A program made the translations under genes and the position numbers. A DNA stretch of 64,000 nucleotides from Bugula neritina (taxonomy: Eukaryota > Animalia > Bryozoa), in contig OZ037766.1 of the NCBI GenBank assembly GCA_964035545.1, positions 8,732,722-8,796,721 of the forward strand, read 5' to 3'. The notes under the pieces are model-generated. The model was not told the origin of the DNA. It ran no database searches and saw only the letters and a list, made by a program, of their open reading frames with translations. Shown here in pieces: positions 14,701 to 24,603 of this stretch (position 1 is the first letter of the stretch; the number at the start of each line of letters is the position of its first letter).

Positions 14701-15310
14701 CGCCTGTAGGTGTTAGCAGAGTGTTCTAATTCTTACGAAGTGAGTTACGAGGTGAGTTACTACTACTACTAGTAGTAGTAGTACTAGTGGTACTAATAGT
14801 ACTAGGTTTAGTAACTTAAACTAGTACCCATGTGGCATGGCCATACTTATACTGATACTCATACTCAGTCAAAGTCATACTGATAGTTAATCACTGAAAG
14901 TGAATGTGATACTCATAGTCATAGTCATACTGATCCAGATCTGACAGTGACTACGTCTACTGAGTAGGGACGTGCCTACAGAGTCTTATACTTATAGTTT
15001 ATTCATCTTACTTGAATTGTTAGTCGCGTATTTTGATGTCTGAAAAATCTCACAGCAAATACAAGATTGTTTACTGAAGTAACAGACATAACCAAAGGCA
15101 AATTCGATGTTAATAATCTGGATTTTAGAAATATTACTACGAAATTAGCCCGCTACGTTATGTTACTAGTATAGTTTGTAACCAGTGTACCAACCAAGAT
15201 ATCGGGGCTATGCATAAGCAGCACGTCTAAGTTAATTCTTATTTGAAATAAAAAGGCTATTGAAATTTTGTGAAGTTACATAATTTTTAAAGGAGTTACC
15301 TCCTCAACAT
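11770..15310 (-). CDS. SDHAF2: Succinate dehydrogenase assembly factor 2 (SDH5); exons 15310-15300, 13614-13584, 13258-13077, 12434-12325, 11888-11770
   Basis: [25 protein letters not shown] and [10 protein letters not shown] motifs, an Arg-rich mitochondrial-type N-terminus, and all phases fit. Confidence 0.93.
14320..14965. repeat. Promoter-proximal 3/6-periodic tract in SDHAF2 intron 1, split by a LINE fragment
   Basis: ACT/AGT runs at 14324-14400 and 14758-14805, then CAT-ACT-GAT-ACT-type hexamers at 14842-14934. Confidence 0.8.
14401..14760 (+). mobile_element. 5'-truncated non-LTR retrotransposon (CR1/L2/Crack-like): ORF2 C-terminus, 3'UTR and GTGAGTTACGA-type tail
   Basis: Frame 14401-14577 reads ...[33 protein letters not shown]..., resembling the conserved FxNSFFPRTIR end of these ORF2s. 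A second copy lies at 37999-38193. Both flanks are TACTACT. Confidence 0.8.
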
Positions 15311-16024
15311 AGCGAGAAACCAGAAGTTTTCAACTCCTAAAATGGCAACTTGGGACTGTCGAACGCAAAATGTATCTTTTCCAGTTCAATGGTCGAGCGT
15401 ATCGATTGCAACTTGCACGCAGTAGCCAGAGTGATTATATATATATTATATGCAAAAACTGTTCAACCCTATGTAGCAGCCACCACACCATTTTTAGACA
15501 TTAAAATGCAGCCGGTCCAAAAATCAATGAGGAGTTACCACAGCCAGAAAACAAATCTGCTGCAAGCCACTTACAGGCTGAAGCAAAACTTCAGGGAACA
15601 AGTAGATTTTTCAACATGCCATGTTGAAAGGACGCCTGCCAGCCAACCATGCACCCTCACTCCACTCAAACAGGAACAAGCAAATTTAGTACTCATGTAT
15701 CTTATTTTTAATCTAGAATGTTTATGTTGTTAGAACAAAATTAATTATTTGTGTTACCAGGCACAATCAACATTGATTTCATCTTTAATGGCAAAGCAAT
15801 TCATCTAAGCCACACAATAATATTATAGCTTATGGTCACCAGTTCAGAATTGAGCCTGTTCATGCATTTTATGGATGCAATTGGCACTTGGCAGAATAAA
15901 ATAACCAAACAAATGGTGGTAGTGTGTACATGATATATTTCTGTAGAATATACACATTGTTGTAATCGATCCATAAATTGTTGACATTATTGAATAGCAG
16001 TTTGGTACTCCAACAATGTAAACT

Positions 16025-18053
16025 CTATTTCTTGGTGGCCTCTTCTTCCTTAGCATATGTTTGAAGAAGCTCAGCCTTCTTTTGGTTGAGTCTCTCCTCA
16101 CGACGTCTGCGAGCTTCACGGACCTTGTGTCGTCTGGCATCAGCTTGGTCACTGTAACACAGAATAATCTCTTGTAGTTACAACTAAATGGACAACAAAA
16201 TTATCATATTTTGGTCTCTGACCTTCTCCATCTGAAACTGACTTTTTGGGGCACGCTTACCTGAGCTGTTTAGATCTAGCTTGGTCAGCCTTCTTTTTGT
16301 GAATGTGTTCCATGAGTGTTCGCTTGTTCTTGAACACATTACCCTTACATTTGAGGTAAAGAGAATGATACCTAGAAAAAGAGACCATTTGCTTTAACAA
16401 TATAAATATTGTATACAATATGAACAGTATGTTTCAACTATATAAATATTGTATGCAATATGAACAGTCAACATAGCATCAACTATGCCAACCTGAAAAG
16501 ATTACCAATTAATCTTGCATTGAGCTTCTACAGCATCTAGCTTTTACATAGAGCTGGGCATTGCCATGCTGAACTTGCAAACTTTAAGACGCAAACAGTA
16601 TTAAGGTTATTTGTCTAAGGGAAATACGGTTCCTGATGAACTTACAGATGCTTATCAATCTTCTTGGATTCCCTGTACTTTTTAAGCAAACGCCTCAATA
16701 CTCTTTGTCTTCTCATCCACAACACCTGAATTTTTTAGAGAAGCAAATTTCAATAGTTATTCACTCTGGCAAGCTCTTAATAACCTTTTATGAATGATAT
16801 ACTAGTGTTATAATTTTGCAACAACGGCCATATGAAGGTATAAATTGATGAAAGTACAATAGTGTTGTTAATTCTCACCAATATACGATTACAAACTCAA
16901 AGCACAATCAATTTATACTATGTAAATATTAAAAAATGCACATAATGCAATACAAGCAATGCTGATCATTAAACGGCCTATTACCTTGGTTGGCATACGG
17001 GCATTTGCAGTACCCTTTCGTTTTCCAGGACCTGTGTGCCTGCCTTTTCTTCGGGCTATGGCATTACGTCTGACTCTCCAACGAGAATGAATCACTACGG
17101 GTTTTCTAATGATGAGACCATCCTTTATCAACTTTCTAATGTTCTGTCCTAAATCACATAAGATATTGCAATGAATAAAATTAATGCTGTCAAAATTATC
17201 AATAATTGCTGTGAAAGATAAACCAATGCACAGGTTGACCGTTATCATACTCACTTGATCATAATTTAGATGACCAAGTATGAAAATAAGACTCAAAATG
17301 AGAATGAGGATCTGGGTTAGGGTATTACTTACTAGAGTTAGCATTGTTGATTTCATTAGTTTCATTGGGATCAAGCCAAACCTTGTTTTTCCCACATTTC
17401 ATCACAGCGGACGCAAGCCGCTTCTGTAGTCGCAGCGTACTATATAAGAGAAGAAAACCGAGGAAAGTTAAAAATAAAAAATTAGTTGTTAGCATTGTAC
17501 CACTTTGTTTCATCTTTGAATTGACATGTTGATGCTGTGATCATATGCATATCTTCAGTTGCATCGATTAAATATTAACATATTATACTATAAAACTAAA
17601 TGTAATTTAGTAACTAACCGTCATTTAGCTTATCACTTATTTATATTATCAATCAGTTTCACATTTACTTGCAACATCTACACGATTATCATAATGATAA
17701 TGTTTGTTCAAGTCTAACTGAAACTCGTGAATATAATGAGTTTCACTGCGAAATTTGAGTCTTAATTACAATTAGATAACCGTTATAGCAAATTTATTAC
17801 ACAATAATTCTTAAACACCCAAAGTGAACTCTAAAACAGTAACCCGAAGTTTAACATGCAGCGTTGTCATTCGTCATTGAAAGTTACTCAATACTCATAC
17901 TGAATTAAACCAAATTTAGCTTTGCTTTCCGTTATAATTGCACAATAATAAAAACTTTAAAGTTTAAATATTGTAAAAAAATGTGTTTTGAAGATGAAAA
18001 ATACTGTAAAGAGCGTATAACTATGAAATTAAAAGAAAATAGTCTTACCTCAT
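16025..18053 (-). CDS. RPL19: 60S ribosomal protein L19 (eL19), 197 aa; exons 18053-18049, 17439-17333, 17148-16985, 16725-16646, 16371-16261, 16151-16025
   Basis: [28 protein letters not shown]...[21 protein letters not shown]; exons total 594 nt. Confidence 0.98.
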
Positions 18054-18400
18054 GGCTGCCACTTCAATATGGAGGTTGAAAAAGAACCTTTCACGTCGGA
18101 TAACCGGAAGATACCACACGAACATGTAGGTAAATTCGAGGCTGTTGCATTTTTTATTATAGTTTTTAGTTTATAATTCATTATGTCAATAATTTTGTTT
18201 ATTTTTTATTATTTTATTAATGAATTGATAAAATCAACAATATTGTGTGAATATTTACCAACGTTCGCATTTACATTATTATTGTGTAAAAGCAGTGTAA
18301 TAATATAATTGCAAGTGCAGCTTAGTCCAATTAGAAGGCGATGGCAATAAACGCAGTACTTAGCACGTGGTAGCCGGACTACAATCAAGTGCGTTTGGTT
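18054..18400. promoter_or_regulatory. Bidirectional RPL19/POLG2 promoter with TOP/TCT-like start
   Basis: Minus-strand pyrimidine tract TTCTTTTTC at about 18078-18086, just upstream of the RPL19 ATG. Also ETS-like CCGGAAG near 18104, CACGTG near 18364, locally raised CpG, and a candidate plus-strand donor GTGCGT near 18389. Confidence 0.65.
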
Positions 18401-18459
18401 TCGCTTTTACTTTTAGCAATGCAAATTTCAATTTGTAATATAAATAATTATTGCGTTTA

Positions 18460-19170
18460 CTAATAGTAATACCCACAGTACTACCATTAGTAATAATTAT
18501 TTAATACTTTAAAACATTTACATAAGCCAGGGTGTTGATACTAGTAAAAGTTTCAAGGATAACTGTAAAATTGATTATTTTATTTGATATTTTTCAGTTT
18601 GTTTCAAATTCATCTACTTCTACTTCTAGTGATCTACTACTACTAGTACTGGTACTACTAGTACTGCTACTATTACACTTACAAGTACTTGTATTTTTAA
18701 CTTACTGTTAGTGGTAATGTTACACCTACACTTGCAGGTACTGTTACTGTTATATAATAATATTTAGATAGACTTACAGTTATTGTTGCACTTGCACTCT
18801 TACAGTTACTGTTAGTCACTTAGTGTTACTTTAACTTAGTCTTAGTCACTCTTACCGTTGCTCGTAGTATCAGTATAACTATAAGTATAAGTAACTAATA
18901 CTATAAATAAGTCTAAACTCTAAGAGTAAGAGTAAGTCATAGTGATACTCATACTGATACTCATACTGATAGTCATACTGATACCGAATTGGTGAGTCTC
19001 AGTCTCATACTCACTTCCATACCTTGAAGCAATAGTTATATTTATACTTATACTTGTAGCCACTAGACCTGGTGAGTAAATTAGCTTTACTTTTACGGTT
19101 AGTGATAACAAGAATAAAAGGCAATATTCACATTGGGTGGCTTAAGGTTACTTGTACTTCTACTACTTGT
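18460..19170. repeat. Promoter-proximal 3/6-periodic tract in presumed POLG2 intron 1
   Basis: 18935-18982 reads AGT CAT AGT GAT ACT CAT ACT GAT ACT CAT ACT GAT AGT CAT ACT GAT (every third base T). ACT/AGT runs at 18635-18675. Confidence 0.85.
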
Positions 19171-20327
19171 AGTTATAATTTTTCTCTTCGTATTTATATT
19201 TATTTATGCCAACATCTTTTTCATCTGTAACAACAATAATAATAATTAATCTGTAATCTAAATAGAAAATTTCCCTATCTCAATATGATACTAGTAAATT
19301 TTAACTAACCTTATGCTTATGGCAGCCCTTTATTAAGGACAATTGGATACTTCAGGCCCTCTGATTTCATTTGATCTACATCTTTCTGGGGTGAGGTCTT
19401 ACGCCTAGTTTTTGCATGAAATTTAACTTTAAGTTTTAGTTTATGACTGACTTCAAATTAAATCAATGATTATGATAGCATTTTTTGTATCATTGGCCAG
19501 TTTTAGACTTACTGATTGTAGTCAATATATTTTCACATGGCAATGTAGAAACAAATAATACAGAAAAGAAGTATTCCCTATTATCCAGTAATAATTTACA
19601 ATAAGTAAGCTCCAAGCTCCTTATCGTTAAATCAAAGCTGGCTGTGTAATTATTAATTAATGCTGTTAGATAGTTAAATCTAGCCCTGGCACATATTATG
19701 CAAAGTGAGTAAGGTAAATGTTAACCTTTTTAATGGTATAAAAAGTACCAGGTGGTGAAAGACCTTTAAACTCGTCATTGTACTTAGTAAGTCTAATTTC
19801 TTGGAAATCGAAATGCTCACCATCATTTTTTTAATATCATGATTGTAGATTGAGCTTGTCAATGTGAAAAAAAACAACAAAAAACCTGTTCATACAAACC
19901 CTTATAATTGCTGATTTTATATTATATGTGCACCGACAAGCTTTTTTCTTAACCTTTAGCTTGTTTATATACCTCGCAGTTCAAACTATAGTAATAATAA
20001 TATCTGTAAATAAACTGTAAATGACTTTCTGCCAATGCCTTATGGTTTGTTTATGTTAGTTACATGTTTATTAATAGCAGCTCACATAAGTATCATTATG
20101 TTGTTGCATAGGTTGAACAATAATATAGGTTACAACCATAACTACCTGATGCCACTTCTAATTTTTAATTTTTTTTTAATATACTTCAAACACTGTTGAA
20201 ATAGAATAATTTGCAGTATCATAGATAGCAAAGCAAATGTTTGAAAAATATAAGCTTATTATATATAATATATACATGTCAAAACTGAATATTGTAGAAT
20301 GCAAAAATTTAAAGCACTATTAATGTA

Positions 20328-23300
20328 ATGGCAAGAAGGAGTGTGTTTGAATTGTCCCGGGCTCTTCAGTTTTTCTCAGATGCTGGATTCTTCTCTATTT
20401 GTTACAATTCGTCAACTTCATTGCCTTCATACTATCAATATAAGGCTAATGGTGGACTTCTGTTGCACAACTTTATTAATGAATGGTATGGTATCACTAC
20501 GTATTATATCTTATATTTTTTAGTTTAGCAAATATAACATATTAATTGTAGCAGCAGATCCAAGTACTAAATGAATGGTGTGCGTTTTATTTCGCTTGGT
20601 GTGGCATTTTTTACTGTGGAGTGAAATATGTGTACAATCATTTATGTAAACTGTGGCTTACTTGCCAATCCCAATTTAGGGCTAATACATATTTTAGACT
20701 AAAATGGACCTATTGTTATTGTTATCTGCAGGTTTACTGCAAATGTAGCAATAAAAGATAATGTTTCCTTAGTGTCATCTCCTGTATTTTGTGAAGCAAA
20801 AACACCCCGAAGTTCTCTATCCACAGGTTTTTATATTCTACTTTATTTTCTCTGAAAAGTTAATTTTGTATTTGGTATGAATTTAATGAAAGTAAAAACT
20901 TATAGTAATAAAATCAGTTGCATCAAACTGAAAGAATTAATAATTTTTTTGCGTGCAACCTTCGTTTATGTAATAAAATATGCAATATCTTACTTATAGT
21001 GCTTCAATAACTTTTAGTTGTCTTTTTGAATAAAATCAGTATTGCAAGTAGTTTTATGCTTTTGTTCATGTTAAATATAATTTTTTAGAGTAGACACTGA
21101 ACTGAATGCTTGGAAATAGTGTACCTAGTATTATTACTAATTATAGCTTCACTATTTGTATTTAGGTTGAAAATTGTTCTGATCACCATGATTCAGCTAT
21201 AAGTATAATAATGTCTTTTGAATTTACGAAAGTTTTACAAAACGTAATCTTGCCATACCATACCGTGGTGTAACTTTAGCTCATAACAGGAAAACTACTG
21301 AAAACTATTTCCTAGTTTTAATCATTTTTACTTGTGGAATTATACTTTTAGCTACACTTCAATGCTACAATGAACTTCTGAGTTTAAATAATGGCCAACT
21401 TCCGATTGGTGTTGCCTCCAATGGTACGTGTGTAAACAAATGTGACATGAAAGTCTTTGAGATGAATAGGTAATTTAAACCAACCTGTAAAGAGTTATTG
21501 TGCTTTTATCTTAATATTTCTCTGTTGAAAAATAGCAAGCTACTGGGGATTTCATGTTTTATAGATTCTAAAATACAGTAAATGTGTAAGATATTTATAG
21601 TGCACATACATTGTAGTTAAAAAACCTTGTTATTGGCTCATGTGCATCACTTTAATGGATCTTCACTTTAATTGTGAGAAAAAAGTTTTTGCTATTAAAT
21701 TATGTTATTTTTACGGTTTTTGTTGCATGAAGTAATAATATATTTAAGTAAAGTGCTGTTTGTGAATCTTGTAGGCCAAATGAGTACACAGAATGCTCAG
21801 TGCAATACTTTGTGCCACAGAAATCTATTACTGATATTCTTCACAGAATGGAAATAGATCATTTGATGTGGTGGAAAAAAGTATGTAATTATCATTATTT
21901 TTCATAGTAATACTTCTATTTGCAGTTCTGATTTTTACTCAAGTTGGTGTTAAAACAATATAACTCCAGCTTTAAATCTGCTTGCAAAACTAGTGCAGCA
22001 TTGTGATATATCTATGTTCATACATTTGTAGATGTCAAACTCAAAAGATTTCACTCCAGTTAGAACAGAAGGTGGAAATCTTAGCAGTCATATTGTTTAT
22101 TCTAGTTGCCACGGAAACACTACAGTTGAAAGCATTGACGTTAGTGGCCCACATGTGGATTTAGCGAACTCACCATACATAATATCTTCTAAGATCTCAG
22201 CCGATGTTGCAGTGATGGTACTGCTGCATGATGGTTATTCTGAAACCCAGATAAATGATAAATTATTACAGGTGATATGCAACCATTGTTTTACAATATT
22301 TTTAACCATATCCTTCTTGCCAAGTGCATATTAGTTTGACGTGAGTTTTGTTATCTTACCAGAGACTTAGGTTTCATCAAAGGCTTGCCCCTTACAAACT
22401 GGGAATGATGATCAATGGAGAGGACACAAGAGATCTGACAGTAGTTGCTGATTATATAAAAGATGAACTCAGGAAGGAAACGATTCTTATACAGACAAAT
22501 ATTAATAGCTTAGACAGCAACAGGTAAAATAAATACTATGTTCAATGAAGATAAATACTAAGTTTACCAGCTATTCTTTGTCAAAATATTTCATAATGTC
22601 ATAATATTTCATTGGAGGCTGCCATGCAAAGCGAATCGGTGAACAAGCCAAAAGAGTAGAACTTTTATGGGCATTGAATATCTTTAATGAATAAAGAAGT
22701 AACAATAATTTATGTTATAATACAATAAATTTATAATTTTGTCCTTAGTGTCAATTTAGTTTGGGCTAATGGTAATTAATAATTTTGGTTAGTTCAATGG
22801 AAATGCACCCTTACAAGCTTTTATCTTTTGAGTCAAAATAGCAAATTTTTACATTTGTTCAAAATCAACATTCAGTATAATTTAGCCGACGCCCATATTC
22901 CCTTAGGTTGAAATCGCAGAACAGTTACGTCATTTTGAAAGAAAAAGCTTTTTGTTATCAATTTTCATTTACGTGGCATAGAAATAAATGATAAAACTTC
23001 TTTTAAAAATGTTCAATTAGTATCATAGTTATTTTTTGTATATTCAATATTTATTCATTGTGATAATGAGTTTTATCATCATCAATTTTTTGGGCAAATT
23101 TAATATTTCAACACCCTAAAATTAAAGATTTCAAATTAATAACTTTAGTTTAGTATTTTAAAAGTAGTAGTTATGCAAGCGGTTATGATCAACACTCAGA
23201 ATTACTAAAAGAAATGAAGCACAGGTTTAACTAAAGCAAATGACATGCTCTCAACTCCAACTAACAGCTGCTCCATACAATTTTTCTACTATATTTAGCA

Positions 23301-23982
23301 AGAAAACTTATTTCTTTACAAATAGGAACTTTGTAATATGTATGCCTTACTCTTGCAGGTTTTTATACCAATTCCCAACTCTTGAAATTTTATGTTGGTA
23401 ATTGTCTGCTCTAATCTTACAGTTGTATTATATAGATTGCTGAAGGTTGGAGTGCCATATGCGATATCGATTACAGATAGCACTCTGAAAGATGGTAAAG
23501 TGCATCTTCACAATATGTATGCATCTGTGAAGGTAAACAGCAAAACTTTCAAGACTCTTGGTTGTTTTTTATTTAGTTATACAAGTTTATACTGCAATAA
23601 AATTATTTTTTATAAAAAATATCTTCATAAGGTTTTCATTATAATTATTATTATACAAAATTGTCATTGTAAGCACTGTTGAAATCAAAATTTGATTGTT
23701 ATTTGTTTCTAGAGAAATACTAAAATTGACATCTTGTAGTTTTAGGTTTTACTCATTGCTTGCAGTTACTGCAAATATATTATATTGTAGTAACTCTAAA
23801 TATACAATGTAATTATATATTTAATCATCAGTAGCAATTCAGTTTATGAAATTGTTGAGCAATTGGTATAGTACATGGCCAGCAAGATATGTTTAAATAA
23901 TGTTTTGTTAATGTTGTTTTAGGAAGAAGTTCATGTAACTCACATAAAAGAGAGATTAGTCAAGTATCTTAAATCTGCTTAG
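20328..23982 (+). CDS. POLG2: Mitochondrial DNA polymerase gamma accessory subunit; exons 20328-20485, 20732-20826, 21352-21469, 21775-21880, 22032-22271, 22363-22523, 23436-23532, 23923-23982
   Basis: Motifs GLLLHNFINEW, LNNGQLPIGVA, HLMWWKK, LRFHQRLAPYK, GVPYAISITDSTLKDGKVHL and EEVHVTHIKERLVKYL match the GlyRS-like POLG2 fold. Phases are consistent. Confidence 0.88.
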
Positions 23983-24042
23983 CACTGACTGTCGGTGAGA
24001 TGATGAGGAGGCAAAGCTTACGTGGCTTTGCTCTAGTGGATG

Positions 24043-24105
24043 AAATTCAGGAAATGATTTCACATAACTTTACACATTTGTCATCTTTGAAGTCTTCCTG
24101 AATTT
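24043..24105. other. ~63-nt hairpin between the convergent POLG2 and KDELR stop codons
   Basis: Perfect 11-bp stem AAATTCAGGAA/TTCCTGAATTT, with further pairing on the minus strand (GACTTCA/TGAAATC, ATGAC/GTTAT). Confidence 0.5.
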
Positions 24106-24603
24106 TAATAATTGGTAGACTTTGATAGCAGGACAATGTTTACTTTGCTAAGTATCATTGTGCGATGTGTCCAGCGAATTTACATGGCAATATTTTTTTA
24201 TAAACACTTGTATTTTGTAATAATAATCAACACATAACATACATATACATTAAATAACTAGTAACATTATGACCAGATACACCAAATGAGAAGTTTCATT
24301 TTAAAAACTCTAAAAGTTTATCTGTCAAGAAAATAGTTTCCACGGCTAATAATAGAAAATGATGTTGGTCTACCTAGAAAATACAGAGTATTGACCTACT
24401 TGCTCTTGTTACATAACTCTTATTTTGATAAAAGTAAGACAGAAATGTGTGAGCTTGATATACAAATCTACATTCTAATTGACATTATAGGTCTTATTTC
24501 TCTCTTAATAATAAATATTAGCCAATTATAGAGTTGCCTGTGTCACCAATGCTGTTGAGAGAGTATCTAAGTTACCGCGTATGTGGGTGGTATCCAAGGT
24601 TCT

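Noticed and set aside
15844-16152. 102-aa ORF as a separate gene
   Set aside because: It is an alternative frame over the RPL19 last exon. ORFs 33231-33545, 43034-43456, 47388-47657 and 59673-60023 are likewise shadows of real exons.
17645-17700. Box C/D snoRNA in RPL19 intron 1
   Set aside because: The C box is mismatched (ATGATAA), the C-D distance is only about 40 nt, and I recognise no rRNA guide.
18920-19111. Ser/Ile/Thr/Met-rich ORF (also 53767-53997) suggesting the period-3 tracts are coding
   Set aside because: The ORFs are short, intronic and lack compatible splice sites. The amino-acid bias follows from a fixed A/T every third base, and the other tracts give no such ORF.
24043-24105. 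SECIS element
   Set aside because: Helix II and the quartet do not form properly, and neither flanking gene has an in-frame TGA.
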